Shown: positions 50,973 to 60,837, counted from the first letter of the stretch. The stretch is DNA of 64,000 nt from Nitrospirota bacterium (GCA_027021335.1 JALUUO010000068.1:2273-66272), one strand, 5' to 3'. Made by a program: numbers and translations. Notes: generated by a model from the sequence alone, not told the origin.

Positions 50973-52529
50973 ATGCCAAGACTTGATGTGAGGGTAAAGA
51001 CGGAATTACCTGCAAAAGCGATCTGCAATAAAAAAACTTCAAGCGTGATAATATCAGAGTTTAGTTTAAGCGGAGCTTTAGTAAATGGTTTGAATAGTAA
51101 GCATACAGGAATTATTACTATCAAACCTGAGTTTGGTGCTAATAAAAATATAGCTTTAACAGGAGAGATTATCAGGAAAAATAATGGCACAACAATTATT
51201 GAGTTTTACCACCCGGATAGATACGCCGGAGTAAGAGCCTGGCAATACATAAAACAACATCTTTCTCTTACGGAAGAGTGCCCTTATTGCAATAATAAAA
51301 ATAGTCTTGGAGCAGATCATTGTGGAAGCTGTGGTTGGCTGCTTGATTTTAATGATATAGATTATCTGGATAAACATAATAGAGAGATTTTTGTACCAAA
51401 AATTCTTAGGCGTGCTTGCAGCCTTGATCCGGACCAGATGCATACAGTTATAAACTTCATGGATACTGAACTGCGTAAAAAAAGGATGGAATTACCTGGT
51501 ATAACTTGCCCTTACGGCATAGAGCACGAACTGCGCGGCAGCTATTGTTTTGAATCTATCCTAGGACATCATCCAAAGATGATAGCTATTTTGAAACTCA
51601 TTGCCCAGGTTGCAGACACTGCTGCTACCGTGCTGATTTACGGGGAAAGCGGCACCGGCAAAGAGCTTATTGCGCGAGCGCTGCATTACAACAGCAGGCG
51701 CAAAAACGCCATTTTTGCCACCATTAACTGTGGTGCTCTGCCGGAAAACTTACTGGATACCGAGCTTTTCGGCCATGTCCGGGGTGCTTTTACAGGCGCT
51801 ATCAAAGATAAAGCCGGATGGTTTGAACACGCTGATAAAGGCACTATTTTTCTTGACGAAATAAGTGAAATGCCTGCAGCGTTACAGGTTAAACTTCTTA
51901 GAATTCTGCAAACAGGGGAGTACAGCCGTGTGGGCAGCACGAAAATCAACCGCTGTGATGTACGTATTCTGGCAGCTACAAACAGGAATCTGAAAAACCT
52001 TGTAAGGGAAGGAACCTTTAGAGAAGATTTGTACTATAGATTAAATGTGCTTGATATTGAACTTCCACCTCTTAGAGAAAGAAAGTGTGATATCCCGTTG
52101 TTAATACAACATCTGCTTAAAATTTTCAGCGCTAAGTATGCTAAGCCTCACCTGCGTCTTACCAAAGATGCAGAAGCACTGATTTTGGCTTATGACTTTC
52201 CTGGAAATATTCGTGAATTAGAAAATATAATTCAAAGAGCCGTACTTCTGGCGGAGAGCAGTATTATTGAAACGCGTCATCTTCCGGCAGATATCCGTGA
52301 TAAGAGTGTAACTTCTTTGCAGAAAGAAAATAAATTATCATCTTTCAAATTGGCCAAACAGCAGGCGGTAGAACAATTCGAGCGCAAATATATTAGTGAC
52401 TGCCTGAAAACCACCAGTGGAAACATCAGCCGCGCCGCCTTTGCCGCCGGAATCAACGTGAAGAATTTTTATGAGAAGATGACTAAGTACGGCATTGATC
52501 CGCATTCCTTCAAGAATTTTTCAAAATAA
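50973..52529 (+). CDS. Sigma54-dependent activator (bEBP) with N-terminal PilZ-like and zinc-ribbon domains
   Basis: GESGTGKE, GAFTGA, FLDEI, FREDLYYRL, PGNIREL, Fis-type HTH; N-terminal RLDVR...EFSLSG and CPYC-x10-CGSC. Confidence 0.92.
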   Translation: MPRLDVRVKTELPAKAICNKKTSSVIISEFSLSGALVNGLNSKHTGIITIKPEFGANKNIALTGEIIRKNNGTTIIEFYHPDRYAGVRAWQYIKQHLSLTEECPYCNNKNSLGADHCGSCGWLLDFNDIDYLDKHNREIFVPKILRRACSLDPDQMHTVINFMDTELRKKRMELPGITCPYGIEHELRGSYCFESILGHHPKMIAILKLIAQVADTAATVLIYGESGTGKELIARALHYNSRRKNAIFATINCGALPENLLDTELFGHVRGAFTGAIKDKAGWFEHADKGTIFLDEISEMPAALQVKLLRILQTGEYSRVGSTKINRCDVRILAATNRNLKNLVREGTFREDLYYRLNVLDIELPPLRERKCDIPLLIQHLLKIFSAKYAKPHLRLTKDAEALILAYDFPGNIRELENIIQRAVLLAESSIIETRHLPADIRDKSVTSLQKENKLSSFKLAKQQAVEQFERKYISDCLKTTSGNISRAAFAAGINVKNFYEKMTKYGIDPHSFKNFSK

Positions 52530-52534
52530 CACCA

Positions 52535-52577
52535 CAATAAACCAGGGTGCTTTTGCCAAAACCCTGGTAAAAACACC
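52535..52577. repeat. 43-bp palindromic repeat, copy 1 (candidate bEBP upstream activator sequence)
   Basis: CAATAAACCAGGGTGCTTTTGCCAAAACCCTGGTAAAAACACC; 41/43 identical to 60899-60941; contains GGTGCTTTTGCCA-N6-TGGTAAAAACACC. Confidence 0.8.
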
Positions 52578-52645
52578 TAACTTTTAGTCGGGGTTATCGC
52601 GTCCTGTAAAATATCGAAGCTGGCTTTTTCTTTTGCTCTAACTCA

Positions 52646-52661
52646 TGGCATAAAGATTGCT
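52646..52661 (+). promoter_or_regulatory. Sigma54 -24/-12 promoter 1
   Basis: TGGCATAAAGATTGCT (GG-N10-GC) downstream of a bEBP gene and the palindrome. Confidence 0.8.
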
Positions 52662-52704
52662 TATTCAATAACACACAAAGCAACGAAGAAAACAAGGCCA
52701 TGTC

Positions 52705-52926
52705 ATGAACAAACACTGCGTATTGGTATGCGGACCTAGTGTCGCTAATGAAAAGAAACTGGTTGTTGGAGTTCAAAAAAGTACGATGATACTAAAAAAC
52801 AAAAACAGCAGCCAGATTGAATCGATAATAAAGCAGTCGCTCTCATTCACTAGTGGTAGCAGAATAACATTGCCACAAGTAAAAACACCTAACCACAAAC
52901 CAAGTTTCAGGAGAAGATTACTATGA
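52705..52926 (+). CDS. Small ORF, possibly a truncated receiver-like remnant
   Basis: First ORF after the sigma54 promoter; ATGA overlap with the S8 gene; no recognisable full domain. Confidence 0.35.
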   Translation: MNKHCVLVCGPSVANEKKLVVGVQKSTMILKNKNSSQIESIIKQSLSFTSGSRITLPQVKTPNHKPSFRRRLL

Positions 52927-55646
52927 AAAACTTTCCGTTAGAACTCAGACATGGTTCAGGTACCATGATGATGCTTGATCAAACTCGTCTATTGCTTTTC
53001 TTTAAAGAAATACAAGAACGTAAGAAGGTTGAAACTCTTATAAAAAAAATTGGCTTTGTTCTTGAGGATGAGAATGATACAAAGCAGGAAAACGTGTCAC
53101 GCTCACTCGAGGTTATTAACCATACAGATAAACGCTTTTGGATTCGGTCACAACATGGGGACCCCATAGATCAGAAGCGTTTGAGCATGATCGAAAATAA
53201 ACTTGAATCAACCATAGATTTGATTGCTCCAGTTTACCGACTAATGAGTACTAAAGAACGCGGGGGTCTTCTGTGTCCATTGCCAAATGTATTGTTAATT
53301 AAGACAACCACACAACTTGATAAAAAAGCAGAAAAAGATCTATCTAATATGTTTGGACAGTACGGTCTGAAAGAAGTCCTGGCAAAATCCAAATACCTAG
53401 GCGACTACCGTTACTGTATTATCAACAATATCAAAAAGCAGCAGAATGCCTATCAGCTTAAGGAAGTTCTACTTAAAAAGGAGAAAGAGTTCATACGCGA
53501 AGCACGTTTTGAGAACATGCCAATGCTGGTTCCCATCGCTGTTGTGCCAAACGACACCCTATTCCCACAACAATGGAATATGACACAAATTCAAGCGGGA
53601 GGGCCAGGAACTACCGGTTGGGACATTTCTACGGGGGTTGCTACCGTAGTGGTATGCGTGTTAGATGAAGGCTGTGATTTAACTCATCCGGATTTACAGT
53701 TTTCAGGGCCGGGCATAAACCTAGGTACAATGATGCCGGATGGATCGCCAACAGGTCCTCATGGTACGGCTTGTGCCGGCATCGTGGCAGGTAGATACAA
53801 TAACGAGATTGGCGTGGCGGGAGTAGCTGGAAATTGCCAAATCATGCCCCTTGCATTTCAAAACTGGACAGAAACAGAAGTAGCAGCAGGTATCAACTAT
53901 GCCGCAGATAATGGGGCTCAAGTTATAAGTATGAGTTTTGGCTCGAATAGTTGGGACCACGCAATAATTGATCCTGCTATTCAGCATGCGTTCAATACGA
54001 ATGTGGTAATGTGTGTGGCAACACACAATTATAACAGCAGCGTAACCTATCCGGCTACTAATCCTTTGGTCATGGCTTGTGGAGCTTCCGACCAAGTGGA
54101 TAATCGTAAATCACCAACCAGCCCGGATGGTGAATGTTGGGGATCAGATTTCGGACCTGAGATGTCTGTGGTTGCTCCAGGCGTTCTCTGTTATAGCACC
54201 GACATTCAAGGCAATGGTGGTTACAACGACAACAACGGAGGACCAAAAAACAACTGGGCTTGTGTAAATTATCCAGTCTGTGGAGATACTGCCGGTGATT
54301 ATATTTTCATCTTCGATGGAACTTCAGCGGCGACACCCCACGTAGCAGGTTTAGCTGCTTTACTTCTGAGTCAATACCCGACACTGACAAATGTTCAGGT
54401 TCGCAACATCATCGAACGAACTGCGGAAAAGGTAGGTACCATAGCTTATGCCGAAACCCCAGGCTATCCCAACGGCACGTGGAATCAGGATATGGGCTAT
54501 GGTCGTATCAATGTGTTACAGGCATTGGATTTCGCTGATGTAATGATCAAGGACTGGTCAGGTGATACTGGTATTGAACCCTCAACTCCACCGAGCGGTA
54601 ATTTTTGGACATTCTCTGATATTGTTGTTCGCATCACAGACGATAACGTTTTTGTTCCAGACGACCCCAGTAAATCTAGAAATGTTGAACGTGGGCAGAC
54701 GAACTACCTGTATATCCGTGTAACAAATAATGGTCAAAGAGAAGCCCGCAACGTAGTTGTCAATGCCCGTATCACACCCTACGTAGGCTTACAATTTGTC
54801 TATCCAGCTGACTGGACAACAATAGATGCTACTCACGTCAGCCCGATACCTGTAAGCGCTACTTTCGCGTCAATACCATCGGGCGGTTCCGTCATTGCTA
54901 AATTTACTATTTCATCAGCACAAGTGGAAGACTTGTGGGGGTGGATCAGCGGCATGCACTGGCACCCATGCCTGTTGGCGGAAGTAAATGCCGACAATGA
55001 TTATGCTTTCGCTACTGCAAACATGACAGGGGGTAATCTTACCTTAAGTCGGAATAACTTAGCTCAGCGCAACTTATCGGTAATTGATGTTTTGGCAGAC
55101 GCAACTGCATCTTTTCCCTTCCTTGCAGGCAACTTACATAATGCCCAGCGTTTCATGGAAATAATAGTAAATAGAAGTCAGCTTCCTAAAGATATGCGAC
55201 TCCTACTTTCGATTGACGAAGACGGAAAGGCATTCCCCCTTATTGATTTGACACCACCTGCCTTTACCACTAAAGACAGTTGTCATACCGGAACTGTTTT
55301 TTTGGAACGAACAAGGATTGAAACCACATTGGGTTGTTGCCGAGGTGTGCTGACTTTAGAAAAAGGATCACGATTTGATTGCCTGCCGCCAACTAAAATT
55401 AGAATGTTGGAAATTATTAAAGGAGGAATAGTCATCCTTCAGGATGATAAACGATTTGTAGAGATTAGAGAAGACATCGCAATCATTCGCATGGAAAAAC
55501 AACCTGATCAGCTTGTTCCTTTAGCTTTACAAACATCAATTCCTGCCAACGCTCAAAAAGGACAACAATTTATGATTAGTGTAGCGCAGCGAAATGAGAA
55601 GGAAGAAATAGTCGGTGGTGCATCCGTCATTTACTTTATACGGTGA
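52923..55646 (+). CDS. S8 (subtilisin-like) serine protease with prodomain and C-terminal beta-sandwich domains
   Basis: Triad motifs VLDEG, HGTACAG, GTSAATPHVAG; PNDTLFPQQW; GYGRIN; AGGAG SD; no N-terminal signal peptide visible. Confidence 0.92.
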   Translation: MKNFPLELRHGSGTMMMLDQTRLLLFFKEIQERKKVETLIKKIGFVLEDENDTKQENVSRSLEVINHTDKRFWIRSQHGDPIDQKRLSMIENKLESTIDLIAPVYRLMSTKERGGLLCPLPNVLLIKTTTQLDKKAEKDLSNMFGQYGLKEVLAKSKYLGDYRYCIINNIKKQQNAYQLKEVLLKKEKEFIREARFENMPMLVPIAVVPNDTLFPQQWNMTQIQAGGPGTTGWDISTGVATVVVCVLDEGCDLTHPDLQFSGPGINLGTMMPDGSPTGPHGTACAGIVAGRYNNEIGVAGVAGNCQIMPLAFQNWTETEVAAGINYAADNGAQVISMSFGSNSWDHAIIDPAIQHAFNTNVVMCVATHNYNSSVTYPATNPLVMACGASDQVDNRKSPTSPDGECWGSDFGPEMSVVAPGVLCYSTDIQGNGGYNDNNGGPKNNWACVNYPVCGDTAGDYIFIFDGTSAATPHVAGLAALLLSQYPTLTNVQVRNIIERTAEKVGTIAYAETPGYPNGTWNQDMGYGRINVLQALDFADVMIKDWSGDTGIEPSTPPSGNFWTFSDIVVRITDDNVFVPDDPSKSRNVERGQTNYLYIRVTNNGQREARNVVVNARITPYVGLQFVYPADWTTIDATHVSPIPVSATFASIPSGGSVIAKFTISSAQVEDLWGWISGMHWHPCLLAEVNADNDYAFATANMTGGNLTLSRNNLAQRNLSVIDVLADATASFPFLAGNLHNAQRFMEIIVNRSQLPKDMRLLLSIDEDGKAFPLIDLTPPAFTTKDSCHTGTVFLERTRIETTLGCCRGVLTLEKGSRFDCLPPTKIRMLEIIKGGIVILQDDKRFVEIREDIAIIRMEKQPDQLVPLALQTSIPANAQKGQQFMISVAQRNEKEEIVGGASVIYFIR

Positions 55647-55738
55647 TCTTCTAAAAACCCGCACATAACGCTTTGCGTTAGCTGTAACTTCAGGAAAAAA
55701 TATTACCTACTTGGAGGAAAGAATTAATTGCCGAACAG

Positions 55739-55766
55739 CTCTTAATTCGTAACTCTTAATTCCTAA
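55739..55766. repeat. 14-bp tandem duplication
   Basis: CTCTTAATTCGTAA CTCTTAATTCCTAA upstream of the 1328-aa gene. Confidence 0.55.
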
Positions 55767-55790
55767 GCTCACAAAAAAGGAGGGTTTACT

Positions 55791-58700
55791 ATGAAAAAAG
55801 AAATCGAGGACATTGAGATCAGTCTCGGCGAACCGAAGGTCAACTCCAACAGGAAGGCGGGGACAAAAGACGTCAACATCCCGATGGAGATAGAATCGCT
55901 AGAGCCCGGCACAAAAGTGGAGGTGCGCTACAGGGTAAATAGTGGGGAGGTACAAACAGTCACCGCTCGACTGGTCAAAAAAGCGGAAAAGCACAGCCGT
56001 TTCACGGCAAAATTGCCAGGTTTGAATGTCGGTGATATTGTCGAGTACTCGGCAATGCCAGTACGGCACGAACATGAATTGCCGACGGGTGAGGAGTTTT
56101 CCAACTTCGAAGCCTTTCGAATTACCGAGAAAGGATTCGAGCGCCTTGCTGCCTCGGAACTGGAAAGCGGCCTCCTGGCCAGAAGGCCACCGACGAACAG
56201 ATATACTTTTCAACAACGTCTGAAGCCGGTACAGCTCATTTTCCAGCCTACGAGCAAGGATGAACCGCCAGTCGAAGAAAACGATTCCATCGAACTCGAA
56301 CTCGGCGTCGAGGCGTTTTCCGACTTTGTGAAAGAGCGCCAGCTCGCAGTGACGCAGGTACACAAAAGTCTCACACAGATCAAGACGGACCTGACAAAGT
56401 TTTTTCCAACGGTCAGGGAGCTTTTCCCAGAAACCATCACGGGTGAGATCCTGAAGCCAGACGGAACCCCGGCTGAAAGAGTATCGGTCGAAGCGCAAGA
56501 GCCCGAATACACATCCAGCGAAAACGTCGCCAATATCGCCTGGCCAACGCCAAAAGCCATCACCGACGAACGCGGCGTTTTCACTCTGCAAATGCCACGA
56601 GTGCCGATTTCCGCAAAGGGACTTACATTTCGCGTTCGCGGACGCAGCAATTCTACTAGTATCGTTTTGGAAAGAAGTGACTTTTTCGGGACGGGTGGAC
56701 GACTGGGGCTTTTGATCCTTGACAGGGAGCTGGCTCCGATGCCGACAAGCATCGTTTCTCAGCTCAAAGATATTGTGCCCTCTGGAGCAGAAGACTCAGA
56801 AGATAATCCGGAGGACTTTGCGGAACAAACGCCACCGATGATCCTCGGCGATGAGACAGATTGCGCGCAGGTCTTTCATTCGAACAGCGGTGTTATCGAC
56901 AGGCATCGTTACTCAATTATGTTCCGACTCGTTGATCCGCTTATCAGCCAGGCGCAGCCGACTGTCCGCTTTCCGATCCAATCAGATGAACTCAAGTTTA
57001 TGTCTCTCTCGTTAACGACGCAGCGCAACAGTCCGGCATTCGAGCGTGCGATCAACCGAGCGTTGCTTGCAAACGGTAAGTTGCGCTACGTTGATCGGGT
57101 TCCGGTGTCGCGTCCCATTGATGTTACGGACTTTTTCACCAACATTGCTGAAAATCCAGACGAAGTCCCGAAGGCAGCAAGCCTCGGACTTGGCTATGTC
57201 GTCAAAATGCACACCACGTGGGCACCAAAAGGCTTGTCGCTGGGCGATATGCTCTACGCATTGCCGCTGGCGCCAGGCGAAGAGCAGCGCGTCGCCATAT
57301 TCGAACAGGAGCAACAACTGGCAGTGCGGGAATCGGAGCGTCTCGGTATTGCCGACGAGCAGATTCTGAGTGAAGTCCGCGATTCCTCGACCGAAGCCGT
57401 TTTTCAGTCGGCATTGCGTGAAGCGGCAAGCGGCGGCAGCAGCTTCCACACGGAAGCCGGCTCGCGGGGTGTTGGGATTGCTGGCGGTATCGGCGGATTT
57501 ATTGGCGGGCTGTTATTTAGCGCTGGGGCTGCTGCCAGTTACGGCGGTTCGTCATCCAGCGGCAGCTCAAATAGCTGGCAGAAGGGGAGTCGGGATTTTG
57601 TTTCTTCTGCAACACAAGATTTTCATTCTATATTATCACGCGTCGCCAGGACGCGCCGTCAGGTGAACCGCTCCAGCGTCCGCCTTGCAACCGCCAGCGA
57701 CCGCGAAGAGATCACGACGAAGCTCATCGCCAACCACAACCACAACCACGCACTAACTATGCAGTACTGGGAGGTGTTGCGGCACTTTTCGGTGAACACG
57801 AAGGTCGATGACGTGCAACTCGTCTGCTTCGTCCCGCTCGATATTGTTCAGTTCCTGCCAAATGGGCAGCCGTTGACGCTGCCGAGTGTTGAAATCACCA
57901 GAGATTTTTTGCTTCATCGCTATCAAATGTTGATTCTGTACAACGATGCGCTTGCGCACCGCCTGCGCAGAAAGCGGAAATATTTTCACGGACTCAAGCT
58001 CTTGCGGGACTTCACTGCCAACCCGGCCATGGGTATCGAAACCTCAAGCGGTTTAGCGGAGGATATTGTTGAAATTTTGGTCGAAGGTACTTTCATGCCA
58101 TTCGAAGAGGTCTTTATCTCCATGTACAGCGATACTGGCAGACGCCTTGGAACCACCAGGTTAAGCCCCGTTGGTTCTGTAGAAGACGTTCCAACTGGCG
58201 ATGACGGATTTGTTTCCTCGGAGGAATTACTCCAGTATCTTAACAACCGTCGTCTCAACGAGGGAGGGTCGACGCATGAACGTACAGGCGCAATTAGATT
58301 GCCGCGGCACATCTCCCGCAGTAATGTTACGCGTTTTGAGCTGACACGTCGTTTTCAATCCTTTACCTACCGTTTGAAGCCGCAGCCGCTCCCTGGTTTG
58401 TTAGGCAGTCTTGGTGACAGCATCATCGGCAACATAAATGACATTCTGAATTCCCAAAACCGTACCGTGACACTGAGTCCGACTAATATTGAAAGGGAAA
58501 TCGGTGGGCCGATGGTGACTACAATAAAAGCCGACATTAAGAATGAAGGCGGCACATCTCTCATCACGTTCGTTGATGACCGAACATCAGAGCGGATGGG
58601 AACCCGTCTCTTGATCCCATCGCGTGACATTCCACCAGCGTTAAGCGAGGCTGATATTTTACATATTGAATCGGCATTCCAGCATATTGTCAGCAATACG

Positions 58701-59777
58701 GTGTCTTATTCGAAAACGATCTGGCAGTCGTTAACACCGGAAGAACGGGCCATCCTTCTCGAACGCTTTACCGTCGGTGTGCCTGAAGGCGGTATCGAAG
58801 ACGCTACACAGGAAGTGCCGCTACTCAATTGCGTCACCAACGAAGTTCTCGGCTTCTACGGCAACGCGATGATCATGCCGTTCCACATTCCGCCCGATGT
58901 CGCTAGTCAAATGGAGGTGACAACTCGTGATGTGCAGGAGGCACTACTCACTTTCCACCGTGAAGGGTTTACTCAAAATCGTTCGACAATTACCCTGCCG
59001 ACGCAAGGTATGCTCGGCGAGACAGTTCTTGGTAACTGCAATTCCAGCGAAAAGATCGATATCACCCGCTTCTGGAACTGGAAAGACTCACCGCATGATA
59101 AGGCAGCACCTGCAGAAACAGCACCAGGTTTCCGCGGTCAAAGCCTGATAGGAAGCACCGGCGCCCAAGCTGCGAGCGTACTGAAACCGCCGCAACCGGT
59201 TAACTTGCTGAACGTCAATACTGCAGACGGCAGTGGAGAGGCGAAATCACTGGCTTCGTCGCTCATCGACAAAGCGATTACAACAGGTACTTTTGGCGAC
59301 CTCACTGGGAAAGACAAACTGGCGGCACTGCAAACCGAGACACTGAAGACCGCCGAGAGCGCTCGTGATAAAGCGTTATCGGCAGCCAAAGGAATGGCCG
59401 AAAAAGTCATTGATAAACTCCCGGACGTTATGAAAACCAAAGCCGGTATCGATGAAAAGCAGGAAAAGAAACAGGAAGAGATAAAGGAGAAGCAGAAAAA
59501 GGCGAAGGAAAAGAAAAAATCCGATGGCATCGCAAAGCTGAAAGAAGGAGCTAAAGGTTTCACCCTTCTGGCAGGGAGTCATCATCCTGACGAAGAAAAG
59601 GCGACCAACGAGGCAAAAAAAATTGTCAATGATATTTTCGGTGATGAACTACCCGGACGTTCAGCCCTCGCAACGCTGCTCGAAACCTTCTCTATCGCAG
59701 AAGGTGACTCGGACAAGGTGAAGCTCGGCAAAACGACCATCCTGAAGGCGCTTGGGTTGCCTGTGCCGACGTCATAA
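55791..59777 (+). CDS. Large hypothetical protein (Ig-like N-terminus, carboxypeptidase-regulatory-like module, Gly/Ser-rich hairpin core)
   Basis: 1328-aa ORF with AAGGAGG SD; ITGEILKPDGTPA...TDERGVF module; central Gly-rich hydrophobic segment; Lys/Glu-rich tail. Confidence 0.8.
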   Translation: MKKEIEDIEISLGEPKVNSNRKAGTKDVNIPMEIESLEPGTKVEVRYRVNSGEVQTVTARLVKKAEKHSRFTAKLPGLNVGDIVEYSAMPVRHEHELPTGEEFSNFEAFRITEKGFERLAASELESGLLARRPPTNRYTFQQRLKPVQLIFQPTSKDEPPVEENDSIELELGVEAFSDFVKERQLAVTQVHKSLTQIKTDLTKFFPTVRELFPETITGEILKPDGTPAERVSVEAQEPEYTSSENVANIAWPTPKAITDERGVFTLQMPRVPISAKGLTFRVRGRSNSTSIVLERSDFFGTGGRLGLLILDRELAPMPTSIVSQLKDIVPSGAEDSEDNPEDFAEQTPPMILGDETDCAQVFHSNSGVIDRHRYSIMFRLVDPLISQAQPTVRFPIQSDELKFMSLSLTTQRNSPAFERAINRALLANGKLRYVDRVPVSRPIDVTDFFTNIAENPDEVPKAASLGLGYVVKMHTTWAPKGLSLGDMLYALPLAPGEEQRVAIFEQEQQLAVRESERLGIADEQILSEVRDSSTEAVFQSALREAASGGSSFHTEAGSRGVGIAGGIGGFIGGLLFSAGAAASYGGSSSSGSSNSWQKGSRDFVSSATQDFHSILSRVARTRRQVNRSSVRLATASDREEITTKLIANHNHNHALTMQYWEVLRHFSVNTKVDDVQLVCFVPLDIVQFLPNGQPLTLPSVEITRDFLLHRYQMLILYNDALAHRLRRKRKYFHGLKLLRDFTANPAMGIETSSGLAEDIVEILVEGTFMPFEEVFISMYSDTGRRLGTTRLSPVGSVEDVPTGDDGFVSSEELLQYLNNRRLNEGGSTHERTGAIRLPRHISRSNVTRFELTRRFQSFTYRLKPQPLPGLLGSLGDSIIGNINDILNSQNRTVTLSPTNIEREIGGPMVTTIKADIKNEGGTSLITFVDDRTSERMGTRLLIPSRDIPPALSEADILHIESAFQHIVSNTVSYSKTIWQSLTPEERAILLERFTVGVPEGGIEDATQEVPLLNCVTNEVLGFYGNAMIMPFHIPPDVASQMEVTTRDVQEALLTFHREGFTQNRSTITLPTQGMLGETVLGNCNSSEKIDITRFWNWKDSPHDKAAPAETAPGFRGQSLIGSTGAQAASVLKPPQPVNLLNVNTADGSGEAKSLASSLIDKAITTGTFGDLTGKDKLAALQTETLKTAESARDKALSAAKGMAEKVIDKLPDVMKTKAGIDEKQEKKQEEIKEKQKKAKEKKKSDGIAKLKEGAKGFTLLAGSHHPDEEKATNEAKKIVNDIFGDELPGRSALATLLETFSIAEGDSDKVKLGKTTILKALGLPVPTS

Positions 59778-59841
59778 CCTTTGCCATCTGCAAAAAACAG
59801 TGATTTTCAAAAAACACTTTCTAATTTAAGGAGAACAAATC

Positions 59842-60837
59842 ATGACTGAAAAAACCTTACCGCAAAAAGAAGAAGGAGTAGATATTGAAGATCAGGTAAT
59901 CGCGACACTGCTCGGAGTTTTGAAAGATTCCACCTCACCGGAATTCATGCGCACGCAGCAGATTCTGGCGCAACGCTTGGCACTCACCGGCAGCGTTATT
60001 CCGTCGCGGATCCCGGAGCCAAAGAACATCACCGAAATTGGCGGCTATCTAAACCTGCTCGAAAAACTCGATGAAACCGAACTACGGTCACAGACCCTCG
60101 CCTCCATTCTTGGTGTCGCTGGCACGAATCCACCTGCTGGATTTATGCCGACAGAGCTAGTGCTTTTCTTTGCCGCCCGCAAGAACGACCGGCCGGAAGT
60201 GACGCAACAGGCGACTATTCCGGTGCAATTCACCATGCGCAGCGATTTCGCCGCTGCCTTTGACACTGCATTGAAGGAAATCCACGAGCGCGGCTGCACA
60301 CTGCCGATTCTTTCCTCAGTACAGTCGCGATCCCAAATCGCGGATGCCGCCAATCCGACGAACATCGATTTTCTCAATGCCATCGGCCGCACACTCGAGC
60401 TGATGCCAACGACTGCTCTTATCGATCCTGACACCGACGCCCTCGTGCTTGCTCGACTGGCAGCTGGGGGAGATCAGCAAGTTGTCGCCCGCCAAATCGA
60501 CGCTACCGCTCCGAAAGCAGGGAACGTCACAACCGAAAGCTGGATCGCCTGGCAGTGCGACGCCACATCCTGCACCGAAACCACTGCGGACCGTACCTAT
60601 CTTCTCCTCACCCCAATTCTGAACACGGCCGGCTGGTACCAATTTGCTGTACCGGATGTTCCCATGAGTCTCAGTGTATCCGGCAACTGGTTTCGCTGGA
60701 CAAACATCACAGGGCTTATGCCGAACGTCACCCAATTTGGAGATGAGCTACGGTTGTTGTATACGGAAGCGGAAATTGTGGCGTCTCCGCTACGGGAACA
60801 TTTGGACAAAGTCTGGGACGGGAGTACGTTTCAGTAA
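59842..60837 (+). CDS. Hypothetical protein
   Basis: 331-aa ORF with AAGGAG SD, 64 bp after the large gene; N-terminal RLALTGSVIPSRIPEPKNITEIGGYLNLL. Confidence 0.75.
   Translation: MTEKTLPQKEEGVDIEDQVIATLLGVLKDSTSPEFMRTQQILAQRLALTGSVIPSRIPEPKNITEIGGYLNLLEKLDETELRSQTLASILGVAGTNPPAGFMPTELVLFFAARKNDRPEVTQQATIPVQFTMRSDFAAAFDTALKEIHERGCTLPILSSVQSRSQIADAANPTNIDFLNAIGRTLELMPTTALIDPDTDALVLARLAAGGDQQVVARQIDATAPKAGNVTTESWIAWQCDATSCTETTADRTYLLLTPILNTAGWYQFAVPDVPMSLSVSGNWFRWTNITGLMPNVTQFGDELRLLYTEAEIVASPLREHLDKVWDGSTFQ

Noticed and set aside
55662-55684. ACATAAC...GTTAGCT resembling integron attC R''/R' boxes
   Set aside because: The boxes are only 7 bp apart, far too short for an attC, and there is no integrase or second site
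55899-56752. Long antisense ORFs (230 aa and 180 aa) inside the 1328-aa gene, and the many other shadow ORFs in the track
   Set aside because: They have no recognisable motifs or SD and are the expected by-product of codon bias on the coding strand
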